Sequence record: OQ873415.1
Source of the DNA: Escherichia phage PECP20
Length of the DNA stretch: 64,000 nt
Direction: 5' to 3' (one strand)
Positions 1-9,800 of this stretch are shown here, piece by piece; position 1 is the stretch's first letter; the number at the start of each line of letters is the position of its first letter. The translations under genes were made by a program, and so were the position numbers. The notes beneath the pieces were generated by a model. It did not search any database and had not been told where the DNA came from. It worked only from the letters and a program-made list of their open reading frames with translations.

Positions 1-972
1 AATACGGTTTTCATCCACGCCTTTGTTATTTTTCAGAACTAATAGGTTCTCTACTTCTAAGTGCCACATCGGATAATACGCTGTAGCAGCACCACCACGA
101 ATACCACCTTGAGAACAAGATTTTACTGCAGTTTGGAAATGTTTCCAGAATGGAATAACACCCGTATGTCGAACTTCACCCATACCGATCTTAGAACCTT
201 CTGCACGAAGCATACCAACGTTGATACCGATACCAGCTCGTTTAGAAATATATTCAATAATTGATGCTGAAGTTTTGTTAATAGATTTTAACGAATCACC
301 AGCTTCAATAACTACACAACTAGAGAACTGGCGAGTTGGAGTACGAGCACCTGCCATAATTGGAGTAGGCAACGAAACTTGATGAGTAGAAACGGCATCA
401 TAAAAACGAATAATATGTTTCAAACGGCCATGAGTTTCGTCTTGATGTAAGGCCATACCAATGGCCATGATAGCAAACTGTGGAGTTTCATAAATCTTCC
501 CAGTTGTTTTATCTTTAACCAGGTATTTTTCTTTAAGCTGCATAGCACCAGCATAAGTCAGATCAAAATCTCGCTCATGTTTAATCCGAGAATCAAGATA
601 AATGATTTCTTCTGCAGAATATCTAGACAACAACTCAGGATCATATTTGCCTTCATTAACACAATACGAGATATGGTCGATAAAAGCAGGAGGTTCAAAC
701 TGACCATACACATCTTTACGAAGTGCAAACATTAATCCTTTAGCGGCAACATATTGATAATCAGGTTCTTCGACAGAAATCGAGTTAGCTGCAACTTTAA
801 TACAAATCTTCTGGATATCTTTGGTGCTCATCCCATCAACCAGATGAGTCTTAATTTCTTCATACAATTCGTATGGGTCGATTTGTGTTCCTTCACACTG
901 CCAAGTTAAGACTTGAATAATTTTCTGTGCATCAAAATTTTGGGATACCCCACTGCTCTTAGTTACTTGCAT
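1..972 (-). CDS. nrdA: Ribonucleotide reductase large subunit NrdA, N-terminal ~324 codons; 3' end lies beyond window start
   Basis: Minus-strand frame open from window edge to ATG at 972; translation MQVTKSSGVSQNFDAQKIIQVL... matches T4 NrdA N-terminus as recalled; position upstream of td as in T4. Confidence 0.9.
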   Translation of the reverse strand, partial: MQVTKSSGVSQNFDAQKIIQVLTWQCEGTQIDPYELYEEIKTHLVDGMSTKDIQKICIKVAANSISVEEPDYQYVAAKGLMFALRKDVYGQFEPPAFIDHISYCVNEGKYDPELLSRYSAEEIIYLDSRIKHERDFDLTYAGAMQLKEKYLVKDKTTGKIYETPQFAIMAIGMALHQDETHGRLKHIIRFYDAVSTHQVSLPTPIMAGARTPTRQFSSCVVIEAGDSLKSINKTSASIIEYISKRAGIGINVGMLRAEGSKIGMGEVRHTGVIPFWKHFQTAVKSCSQGGIRGGAATAYYPMWHLEVENLLVLKNNKGVDENRI

Positions 973-1059
973 ATATTCCTCAGTATAGGTTGATAGACAT
1001 TACTCCAAACGGGATAGTATTTATCCCGTTAATTTATTATACACTTTTAAACTGAAGCG

Positions 1060-1314
1060 TTAATTATTCTTAGCAATAATTTCTTTGTATTCTTTAGGTG
1101 TCAAGACTGTGATATTGAAATAAACCAACGGTTCTTTTTCCATACCGTAACCACCACAAAATTCACGATATTCATAAATTCGTTCGTGTGAATGACAAAT
1201 GAATCGTTCACCTTTAACTGTGATTTCACTATTCGGTGAAGGGATATCCAGTTCACTTGGATTTTTCATTTCAAAAATTGTGGTGCCATATGAATTAATA
1301 AAACGTAAAATCAT
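1060..1314 (-). CDS. hypothetical small protein (T4 nrdA.1/nrdA.2 position)
   Basis: ORF track 1060..1377; internal ATG at 1314 chosen because it abuts td stop (TAATATG); no recognisable motif. Confidence 0.35.
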   Translation of the reverse strand: MILRFINSYGTTIFEMKNPSELDIPSPNSEITVKGERFICHSHERIYEYREFCGGYGMEKEPLVYFNITVLTPKEYKEIIAKNN

Positions 1315-1315
1315 T

Positions 1316-2176
1316 TTATACCGCCATTTTAGCTTTGATAGCTGGATGTGATTCGTAATTTTTAAGAATGAAATCACTCGGATTCATATGCTCTGTTACC
1401 CAATGAAGCTGTAATGTCGTGCTCCAATCAGAGAATCCTTCAGGCCAATCAATTTTAAGTTCACACAGTTCTTTAGGCTCACGACGAAGAACTTCTTTGC
1501 ATTGCTCAACATGGTTGCTGTAGATATGCGTGTTGCCGCCTGAGAACACTAAATCACCTGGGATAAGATTACACATCTTAGCCACAATATGCGTCAAGGC
1601 AGCGTACGAGGCAATGTTGAACGGCAGGCCCAAGAAAACATCTACACTGCGTTGATACCATTGTAAATCAAGATGTCCATTACGCACATTAAATTGATAG
1701 AACATATGACAAGGAGGAAGAGCCATTTGGTCAATTTCGGCAGGGTTCCAGGCAGAAACAATTTGACGACGATCAGTTGGTAATTTTTTAATACGGTCGA
1801 TTGTTTCAACTAATTGGTCCACACCACCGAAATCACGCCATTGTTTACCATATATAGGACCAAGTTCACCACTATGATAACCAAGGTCTTTTGCCTGATT
1901 TTCGTAATTATCGTCCCAAATAGTTTTACCTTCAATTAGACTACCATGAGTACGAAGACGTAATTCATTAACATTAGTAGAACCGGACATGAACCACAGT
2001 AACTCGGCAATACAAGCTTTCCATGCTAATTTCTTAGTTGTTACTGCAGGGAATCCTTTAGTCAGGTCCCAACGTAATTTAGTTCCGAACAGGGCAATTG
2101 TTCCTGTGCCTGTACGGTCGTCTGTTTCGTAGCCATTTTCTAGGATATCATTAATCAGGTATTGGTATTGTTTCAT
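1316..2176 (-). CDS. td: Thymidylate synthase, uninterrupted reading frame
   Basis: 286 aa; ThyA motifs (LPPCH-type active-site Cys region, QRSVDVFLGLPFN, DRRQIVSAWNP); same size as spliced T4 td product; ATGA overlap with frd. Confidence 0.95.
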   Translation of the reverse strand: MKQYQYLINDILENGYETDDRTGTGTIALFGTKLRWDLTKGFPAVTTKKLAWKACIAELLWFMSGSTNVNELRLRTHGSLIEGKTIWDDNYENQAKDLGYHSGELGPIYGKQWRDFGGVDQLVETIDRIKKLPTDRRQIVSAWNPAEIDQMALPPCHMFYQFNVRNGHLDLQWYQRSVDVFLGLPFNIASYAALTHIVAKMCNLIPGDLVFSGGNTHIYSNHVEQCKEVLRREPKELCELKIDWPEGFSDWSTTLQLHWVTEHMNPSDFILKNYESHPAIKAKMAV

Positions 2177-2760
2177 TTATATACGCTCTCAGTAATTTCG
2201 GTGAGTTCATCGATTCTGTAGTAATGAGATTCTACCATAGAACGTTGAAGCATAATATCTTGGATGAAATCTTTATCAAGTTGAACATCGGAATTAACAC
2301 GACATTTCTTAATGATTTTAGTCATCACAATTTCATCGGCATAAGGCAGTGCTTGTTTTAATAAGGCAGGACCGCCGATAACAGATACATCAACATGTTC
2401 AGTAGAAAGTTTAAACGGTACGTCTGTTGAAGGGCTGAACAAGTTAATTTCACTACCAGTCACCAGGGTAATAAATTCTGCTTGGGTGATATAGAACCGT
2501 GCAAGTTCATCAGTTTTAGTCCTAGGCAGTTTTCTGGCCATATCAGTGACAACCACATGAGTACGATCTGGTAGTAGACGAGGTAATGATGCAAAAGTCT
2601 TAGCACCCATAACCAATACAGTGTTTTTAGTGCGAGCAACAAAGTTACTCATATCTTGTTTGATATGCTTCCATGGAAGTCCATCACCTAATCCAAAAGC
2701 ATATTCCAGTTTATCATCAACTGTTTTAGATGGTGCGCATGCGAATACTAATTTAAGCAT
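2173..2760 (-). CDS. frd: Dihydrofolate reductase
   Basis: 195 aa, T4 frd-sized, located between td and gene 32 as in T4; DHFR-like N-terminus (GLGDGLPW). Confidence 0.85.
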   Translation of the reverse strand: MLKLVFACAPSKTVDDKLEYAFGLGDGLPWKHIKQDMSNFVARTKNTVLVMGAKTFASLPRLLPDRTHVVVTDMARKLPRTKTDELARFYITQAEFITLVTGSEINLFSPSTDVPFKLSTEHVDVSVIGGPALLKQALPYADEIVMTKIIKKCRVNSDVQLDKDFIQDIMLQRSMVESHYYRIDELTEITESVYK

Positions 2761-2762
2761 TT

Positions 2763-3074
2763 TTATTTCCTCAGATTTTTCTTAACAACCTTCCAATCAG
2801 CTTTGAACATTTCAACGTCAGAGTGGCAAATCCAGAATCCTGCACTTTCACCATCTTCATAGAGTGGACATCCATCACATTCTTCGTTCCAACCCATTTC
2901 ACGTAAAGCTTCTTCAGCTTGTTCAAGGAGTTCAGCGTCTTTACCGACGATGTTGAAGTACCATTTACCTCTAACTTCAGAATCTTTGATGCTCTGACGT
3001 TGCAATCTCATTTTATTCTCCTTCACTTTTGATTTGATAGGGCTACTATAACATAACCCTATCTGATTGTACAC
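2763..3074 (-). CDS. hypothetical protein (frd.1/frd.2-like position)
   Basis: 103-aa ORF tightly packed between frd and next ORF; contains CDGC/ICH Cys-His pairs; no assignable function. Confidence 0.5.
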   Translation of the reverse strand: MYNQIGLCYSSPIKSKVKENKMRLQRQSIKDSEVRGKWYFNIVGKDAELLEQAEEALREMGWNEECDGCPLYEDGESAGFWICHSDVEMFKADWKVVKKNLRK

Positions 3075-3466
3075 TACTTTTTAAAAGTTTTTTGCAAAAG
3101 TTCGATGATTTCGTCGACGTTGGTTTCATCTACGATACAATGGATTTTTGTTACACCTAAAGTTATACCTTCGTTAGTAGTTTGAGGCTTTACTAAATCT
3201 ACCTCAGTAAAGTATTTGAACTCGTCAGGATAAATCTCAAAATAAGTTCCAATTTCACCACCGGCAGAACATACAGTACCATCTTCCATAGTTACACTTA
3301 CTACGTTTGGCGTATCGCTATCATAATCAGGTTCCATTCCGTTTACAACAAAACTAGGCCCATGGAGTTCAATCAATTTTAACATCTTAGCGTTATTATG
3401 TGGTGCTTCTTGAACAAAGTCGTCTTTAAATAAAGGGTTAATGATATAAGATTTTCCGATTTCCAT
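3074..3466 (-). CDS. hypothetical protein (frd.3-like position)
   Basis: 130-aa ORF, 1-nt stop/start overlap with downstream ORF; early promoter upstream. Confidence 0.5.
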   Translation of the reverse strand: MEIGKSYIINPLFKDDFVQEAPHNNAKMLKLIELHGPSFVVNGMEPDYDSDTPNVVSVTMEDGTVCSAGGEIGTYFEIYPDEFKYFTEVDLVKPQTTNEGITLGVTKIHCIVDETNVDEIIELLQKTFKK

Positions 3467-3495
3467 TTTGATTTCCTCATGTTGTTGATAGGTCT

Positions 3496-3524
3496 ATACT
3501 AACACATCCATGGAAGAAGTAAAC
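3496..3524 (-). promoter_or_regulatory. Early promoter upstream of ORF 3074-3466
   Basis: Minus strand GTTTAC ...17 nt... TAGTAT; same gataggtctata start-region motif. Confidence 0.45.
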
Positions 3525-3555
3525 AACTTTTTCGGCAATTTACAGATACTCAAAA

Positions 3556-3573
3556 GGGAGACCGAAGTCTCCC
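3556..3573 (-). terminator. Rho-independent terminator after gene 32
   Basis: Minus strand GGGAGAC-UUCG-GUCUCCC followed by UUUUG, immediately after stop. Confidence 0.65.
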
Positions 3574-3579
3574 GATTTA

Positions 3580-4482
3580 TTATAGACCAGCTAACAGGTC
3601 ATCGAGGTCGCCATCATCAGAGGATGAGGTAGAGCTCATGAAGTCATCTTCAGTTTTTGCAGAACTAAAGGCTTCCATGTCTTTATCAAAATCGTCAAGG
3701 TCAGAAGCAACTTTATCTGCAACAGAAGCTGCTGCGGCTGCTGCACCACCAAGAGCGGCAGTACCAAGAACCTTAGCGAAAGATTCATTTAATTTTTCAA
3801 AGGATTTGAACTGGTCTTTAGCCGTCAAAGTAGTAAGGTCTACCATCTGGTCATATAGTTCTTTCTGGAATGCTTCGTCATTAATACGAGGAATTTCAGA
3901 TTGACCCAAGAATTTAGATTCGTCGTAGTTGCTAAAACCAGAAACCTGCTTAGCTTTCAGAACGAAGTTAGCACCTTCAAACGGACAAGTAACATCAACT
4001 GGAGTTTCACCCATTTCGGTATCAACTGCAATCATTGCATTGATTTTGTCCCAAATCTTTTTACCGAAACGATATTTAAATACTTTACCTTCGTTATCTG
4101 GAGCTTGAGGGTCTTTAACAACCAGAATATTAGCCCAATAAGAAGTTTTACGTTTCAGTTGAGAATATTCAGTTTTGTTGGTATTGTACAGGTCATTTTT
4201 ACTAATGTACTGACATACAGGACAAGAGTCGTAATCACCATGTGTAGAAGAGCAATTTTCAATATACCATTTACCATTTTTCTTGAAACCGTGGTTAACA
4301 AGAATTGCAAATGGTAGTGCATCATCAGTTTTTGCTGGCAAGAAACGAATTACCGCTTGACCATTACCTGATGCATCTAGCTTCAGCTTCCATTCGCCTT
4401 TATCTTCTGAAGAGAAACCTTTGTTACCGTTCAGTTTAGCCATTTGAGCAGCGAGGTCAGCAGTAGATTTACGTTTAAACAT
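3580..4482 (-). CDS. 32: Single-stranded DNA-binding protein gp32
   Basis: 300 aa; [23 protein letters not shown]... zinc-binding Cys/His cluster and acidic Ser/Asp-rich C-terminus as in T4 gp32. Confidence 0.95.
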   Translation of the reverse strand: MFKRKSTADLAAQMAKLNGNKGFSSEDKGEWKLKLDASGNGQAVIRFLPAKTDDALPFAILVNHGFKKNGKWYIENCSSTHGDYDSCPVCQYISKNDLYNTNKTEYSQLKRKTSYWANILVVKDPQAPDNEGKVFKYRFGKKIWDKINAMIAVDTEMGETPVDVTCPFEGANFVLKAKQVSGFSNYDESKFLGQSEIPRINDEAFQKELYDQMVDLTTLTAKDQFKSFEKLNESFAKVLGTAALGGAAAAAASVADKVASDLDDFDKDMEAFSSAKTEDDFMSSTSSSDDGDLDDLLAGL

Positions 4483-4556
4483 TATATTTACCTTTATTTA
4501 AATTATTTAATTTATTTACAGTTGGTTGCTACGACACTTATACCTCGTAGCTGGTA
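4483..4556 (-). promoter_or_regulatory. Gene 32 translational operator: 5' hairpin/pseudoknot region plus A/U-rich (UUAAA/UAAA)n tract
   Basis: Minus-strand leader ...CCAGCUACGAGGUAUAAGUGUCGUAGCAACCAACUGUAAAUAAAUUAAAUAAUUUAAAUAAAGGUAAAUAUAAUG; stem GCUACGA/UCGUAGC (4528-4534 / 4545-4551). Confidence 0.6.
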
Positions 4557-4561
4557 TGATT

Positions 4562-4569
4562 TATTTATA
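4562..4569 (-). promoter_or_regulatory. Late-type promoter (TATAAATA on minus strand) upstream of gene 32
   Basis: Plus-strand tatttata = minus TATAAATA, ~80 nt upstream of gene 32 start. Confidence 0.5.
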
Positions 4570-4598
4570 AAGTAATTTTAACACACAAGAAATAAAGC

Positions 4599-5252
4599 TT
4601 AATACTTACATGATTTGATTGTTTCTATGAACAATTTCTTAGCAGCATTTCCATCGATTTGAAGTATTTTTCGATATGCCTTTAATTTGGTAGAATAATT
4701 TTGCCAGACTAAATTGTCGGTGAGTTCGTCGTGCTTATCTATAATATTCAAGAATGAATCCAACAACAAGAAGGTTTCAAATGAAATTATATTGCTTTGT
4801 AGCAATTTAAATATGTAGCTCGACTGAACTTTATTATTATAATCAAATATCTCTTGAAGCGCACTAACTTCCACTTTCTTACTGAAATAGTAGATGTTAC
4901 GTACATCTTCAGCAAACGTCTCCTTGGCTTGTTTGAGACGTCCAATATATTCCCTATAGAAAACTAATGCATCAGCGTCTGATATCTCACCAATCCACGC
5001 ATCTTGGTTAGCAACTAAGTTACTGATGAATATCAAGGTGAGTTCCTTTAACTTATATTTCTCTGCTAGTTTCTCAAAGAAATATTTATCTCGGCGTTTT
5101 TGATACGCATTATCCGAAACACGCATGCACCAGTTATATTTGATTACGTCATACCGACCATTAAAATGTTGTTTGCACATCAAGTATAGTTTGTATACCG
5201 ATTTTCCGTTAATATAACGTTCTCCGTCAGGAGGCATGCGTATTTTAATCAT
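4599..5252 (-). CDS. 59: Helicase loader gp59
   Basis: 217 aa, identical length to T4 gp59; position between 32 and 33. Confidence 0.85.
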   Translation of the reverse strand: MIKIRMPPDGERYINGKSVYKLYLMCKQHFNGRYDVIKYNWCMRVSDNAYQKRRDKYFFEKLAEKYKLKELTLIFISNLVANQDAWIGEISDADALVFYREYIGRLKQAKETFAEDVRNIYYFSKKVEVSALQEIFDYNNKVQSSYIFKLLQSNIISFETFLLLDSFLNIIDKHDELTDNLVWQNYSTKLKAYRKILQIDGNAAKKLFIETIKSCKY

Positions 5253-5587
5253 AATAAGAAATCTAACGTATTAGTTTTTTCGCCACGAGCAACTGATGGG
5301 CGAAGCATGTTTTCGTCAATTGCTTCGCTTGTAATTTTTTCAACAATTCCTGTAGGAATAAATTTAGCAAATTGTGTTTCTGGAATAGAATTTTCTTCCA
5401 AGAAAGCAGTTGTTGCTTCTAAATAAGACATACCAAATTGTTCAACCATGGATTCGATAATGAATCCGTTTTCTTGGCGGTCAAGCAATTTAGCGATATC
5501 ATCTTTATCGTGTTTTACTGCTAATTCTTGTTCAGATAAACCGGTCTCATCAACCGGTTTAATATCACTTAGTGAAAACTGTGTCAT
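5249..5587 (-). CDS. 33: Late transcription co-activator gp33
   Basis: 112 aa (T4 gp33 is 112 aa); acidic; ATGA overlap with gene 59. Confidence 0.8.
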   Translation of the reverse strand: MTQFSLSDIKPVDETGLSEQELAVKHDKDDIAKLLDRQENGFIIESMVEQFGMSYLEATTAFLEENSIPETQFAKFIPTGIVEKITSEAIDENMLRPSVARGEKTNTLDFLL

Positions 5588-5834
5588 AAAGCTCGACTAC
5601 CTCTTCGTTTTCAGCTTCAAATTGGTCACGAGCATCTTTATGATAAAGAGCTAACAAACGATTAAACATTTTTCCATCGACACCAAGCTCTTCTTTAGCA
5701 CGAGTACGAATGTCTTTAATCAGTTCATTATAACCAGAAATTTTAAGTTTGTTATCGGAAGCTTCCTTGACTAGTTTAGCCAGTTCTTCACCATGCACAT
5801 CTTGATTAAATTCAACTGCTTCTTTCTTAGCCAT
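5565..5834 (-). CDS. dsbA: dsDNA-binding protein DsbA (late transcription enhancer)
   Basis: 89 aa as in T4; position between rnh and 33. Confidence 0.75.
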   Translation of the reverse strand: MAKKEAVEFNQDVHGEELAKLVKEASDNKLKISGYNELIKDIRTRAKEELGVDGKMFNRLLALYHKDARDQFEAENEEVVELYDTVFTK

Positions 5835-5841
5835 GTTTACC

Positions 5842-6759
5842 TCAGAATTCGTTAATTACACTTGTTAATTTAGAAAGACCCGATTTTACAAAGTATGAAT
5901 AAATCTTGCCTTTAGGTTGTTGTTTATACGAGTTATAATACTCTATAATGGTTGAAGCAATATTATCAGGGATATAATCAAAATCAATGAGAACCAAATT
6001 TTCTTGATACCGTTTATATTCTTCTGCACTTAATAATACTTCAGCTTGAGAACGGTCATTGGCAATTGCTTCAATAATCGTTGTTTTCATGCTTGGAGTT
6101 CGTTCGCCTTCAACTCGAGTAAACCAGAAGTCACCACGAACTCGAACAGACGCAACACCATCTTTACGGTCGCCTTTAAGAATTTTAGTCATGCAATCAA
6201 TTTCAGCAGAACCATTCTTAATTTTAACCCATTTTTTCTGCGGTGGCGACCACTGTTTAACGTTAGGGTACTTGTGTAATTGTGTAAAGTCACCATCTGA
6301 TGCAACAATACACACCTTATGACCAGCTAATGACAAATATTTAGTTAATACACCGATATGGTCATCCGCTTCGTATTTGTCAATATCCATTACAACGTAT
6401 GGCATATATTTCTTAATCTCATCAACAACTTGATGAAGTGCAGTAAAATATCCTTCCCAATCCCACTTTGAAGCTTCACGATCGGTTTTACGATTTTTCT
6501 TATAATAGTAAGCAAAGTCACGACGCCAATATCCAGAAGTAGCGTTATCCATGCACAATACAAATTTTGTATAACCTTGCTTACGGAACATCACTACGTT
6601 TTTACGAATTGAATTCAAGACTACATGGCGAACCATCGGAACAGTAATTTTATCACCGTCTTCAAAGTTGTTTAATGCAGCTGCCAATGCAATGTTACTA
6701 AAGTCGGCAAGTGCAATACCTTCTTTGTAATCTTCATTCAACATCATTTCTAAATCCAT
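5842..6759 (-). CDS. rnh: RNase H / 5'-3' flap exonuclease
   Basis: 305 aa as in T4; FEN-family acidic motifs (VLCMDNATSGYWRR, CIVASDGDF). Confidence 0.9.
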   Translation of the reverse strand: MDLEMMLNEDYKEGIALADFSNIALAAALNNFEDGDKITVPMVRHVVLNSIRKNVVMFRKQGYTKFVLCMDNATSGYWRRDFAYYYKKNRKTDREASKWDWEGYFTALHQVVDEIKKYMPYVVMDIDKYEADDHIGVLTKYLSLAGHKVCIVASDGDFTQLHKYPNVKQWSPPQKKWVKIKNGSAEIDCMTKILKGDRKDGVASVRVRGDFWFTRVEGERTPSMKTTIIEAIANDRSQAEVLLSAEEYKRYQENLVLIDFDYIPDNIASTIIEYYNSYKQQPKGKIYSYFVKSGLSKLTSVINEF

Positions 6760-6837
6760 ATGAACCTCTTGTTCAGTTAGTCAACTTGGACTATAGTAAC
6801 ATACTAGTTCGAAAGCGTAAATAGTCTTTTACTCGTT

Positions 6838-6845
6838 TATAAATA
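6838..6845 (+). promoter_or_regulatory. Late promoter TATAAATA for gene 34
   Basis: Exact TATAAATA 35 nt upstream of ATG, followed by SD AAGAGGA. Confidence 0.7.
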
Positions 6846-6879
6846 GTAAAATAGAACACATAATGATAAGAGGACTACC

Positions 6880-9800
6880 ATGGTTGACATCAAACGTAAG
6901 TTCAGGGCCGAAGATGGTCTTGACGCAGGCGGTGATAAGATAGTTAACGTTGCGCTTGCTGACCGCACAGTTGGCACCGATGGCGTGAACGTTGACTTTT
7001 TGGTGCAAGAAAACACCGTACAGAATTATGACGATACGCGCGCGTATACAAAAGATTTTATTGTTCTTTATGATAATCGTTTTTATCAAGCTTTAAGCGA
7101 TATTCCAGCTCCGGCAGGCCCTTTCTCTTTGGCTAAATGGAAGGCAACTCGTACAGATGCAGAATGGATTACAGTTCAAGGCGGAGATTTCCAATTATCA
7201 GTAGGTAACTCTATTGCGGTTGATACTTCAGCTGGCACTGATATTAATTTCACTTTGCCTAAAAATCCTTTAAATGGCGATACAGTTATTTTGTCTGATA
7301 TTGGCGGTAGAGTAGGCTATGTAAAAGTTCAAATTACTGCAGAGGCTCAAAGTATTGTAAACTTTAGAGGACAACAGGTTCGTTCAGTTTTAATGACGCA
7401 CCCAAAATCTAAAATGGTCTTCATTTTTAGCAACCGCCTATGGCAAATGTATGTTTCTGATTACGAACGTAATGCAGTCACAGTAACTCCTGCTAAGCCA
7501 TATCAGGCGCAACCTAACGATTTTATCATTCGACGTTTTACATCAGCCGCTCCTATTAATATTACATTGCCTCGCAATGCTAATAATGGCGATATTATTA
7601 ATTTAGTTGATTTAGACAAATTAAACCCGTTATATCACACAATTGTCAAAACTTACGATGATACAACTTCTATACGAGAAGCCGGTGTTCATGTAGCAGA
7701 AGGACGTAATACTGCGGAAGCATTCTTTGTTTATGATTCTGCTAATAGCTTATGGCGTGTTTGGGAAGGTGACCAGAAATCTCGTTTACGTATAGTTCGT
7801 AATGATACTGATTTACGCCCTAATGAAGAAGTTCTTGTTTTTGGAACTAATAATGATACAATCTCGACGGTAAATCTTACTTTGCCTACAGATATTTTGT
7901 CTGGTGATACTGTTAAAATATCGTTGAATTATATGCGTAAAGGGCAAACTGTAAAAATTAAAGCTGCTGAAGGCGATACAATTGCTAGCAGTATTTCTTT
8001 ATTACAGTTCCCAAAACGTTCAGAGTATCCACCTGATGCACAATGGGTTTCTGTTAGTGAGCTGGAATTTAATGGCGATACTTCGTATGTACCTGTACTT
8101 GAGTTAGCTTATATAGAAGATTATTCATCTGAAACAAAATATTGGGTAGTTCAGCAAAACACTGTAACCGTCGAACGAGTCGATGCATCGAGCAATACAA
8201 CTCGAGCTCGTTTAGGTGTTATTGCTCTTGCTTCTCAAGCGCAAGCAAATGTCGATTTAGAAAATGCTCCTGGTAAAGAACTTGCTATTACTCCGGAAAC
8301 ATTAGCAAATCGTACAGCAACTGAAACTCGTCGTGGTATTGCTCGTATTGCAACAACTGCACAAGTTAACCAGAATACCGATTTTGCATTCCAAGACGAC
8401 TTGATTATTTCTCCTAAGAAATTGAACGAACGTACAGCAACTGAAACCCGTAGAGGTGTTGCTGAAGTTGCAACTCAGGATGAAACTAATGCTGGCATAG
8501 ATGATACCACTATTATTACTCCTAAGAAATTGGATGCCCGTCAAGGTTCTGAAGTTTTATCTGGTATTGTAAAATACACATCTACGACTGGTACTACAGC
8601 GGCTACTGTTCGTGGTAATGCTGGGACTAACGTTTATAACAAAGCCGTAGATAATTTAACTATTTCTCCAAAGGCTCTTGACCAGTATAAAGCTACCCCT
8701 ACTCAACAGGGCGCAGTAATTCTTGCTATTGAAAGTGAAGTTATCGCTGGTGAATCACAAACCGGTTGGGCTAATGCTGTAGTGACCCCTGAAACACTAC
8801 ATAAGAAAACTTCTACTGATGGACGTATTGGTTTAATTGAAATTGCTACGCAAGCAGAAACTAACACTGGAACTGATTATACTAGAGCAGTAACGCCTAA
8901 GACGTTAAATGATAGGAAAGCTACGGAAGGATTATCCGGCATAGCCGAAATTGCTACGCAAGTTGAATTTGATACTGGAACTGACGATACTCGTATCTCG
9001 TCTCCACTGAAAATTAAAACTCATTTTGATTCTTCTGACCGTACCAGTGTTAATTCTGATTCCGGACTTATTGAAGAAGGAACCTTGTGGAACCATTATA
9101 CTCTTGATATTTCTAAAGCAAATGAAACACAACGTGGTACACTTCGCGTAGCGACTCAGGCAGAATCTAATGCCGGAACTTTAGATGATGTTCTTATTAC
9201 TCCTAAAAAACTTTTAGGGACTAAGTCCACTGAAACGTCTGAAGGCGTGATTAAGGTTGCTACTCAGGCTGAAACTGTAACAGGAACTTCTGCTAATACT
9301 GCTGTATCGCCTAAGAATTTAAAATGGATTGTCCAGGATGAACCAACATGGGCTGCTACTACGGCAATTCGTGGATTCGTTAAAACTTCATCTGGTTCTA
9401 TTACATTCGTTGGTGACGATACTCAAGGTAGTACCCAGGACCTGAATCTTTACGAGAAAAATAGTTATGCTATTTCTCCATATGAATTAAACCGTGTACT
9501 TGCTAACTATTTGCCATTGAAAGCTAAAGCCGTAGATAGTAATCTGTTAGATGGTCTAGATTCTCTTCAGTTCATCCGTAGAGACATCGACCAGACGGTT
9601 AATGGTTCTTTAAGTCTTACTAAACAGACCAACCTGAGTGCTCCTTTAGTATCTACAAGCACTGCTTCTTTTGGTTCCGAAGCATCTGTTACTCGTAGAT
9701 TAACTCTTAATGACTCTAGCGGTTCCGAAATAGTTTTCACTAAAGGAACTCAATCTCTTAGTAATAAAGAGAATTTCGTTGTTAGAGCATGGGGTAATAG

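Noticed and set aside
1011-1027. Inverted repeat GGGATA-gtatt-TATCCC between nrdA start and upstream ORF as a terminator
   Set aside because: Short stem with A/U-rich composition and no clear U-tract in the minus sense; may be a weak RNA structure but not confidently a terminator.
8302-8544. Antisense ORFs of 60-140 codons inside large genes (for example 8302-8544, 8932-9132, 10222-10422 in gene 34; 12789-14840 in gene 37; 3638-4317 opposite gene 32; 25960-26516 within rIIA; 56748-58481 within gene 43)
   Set aside because: Each lies entirely within a confidently identified gene on the opposite strand or in another frame, has no SD or promoter, and has low-complexity composition typical of AT-rich antisense frames.
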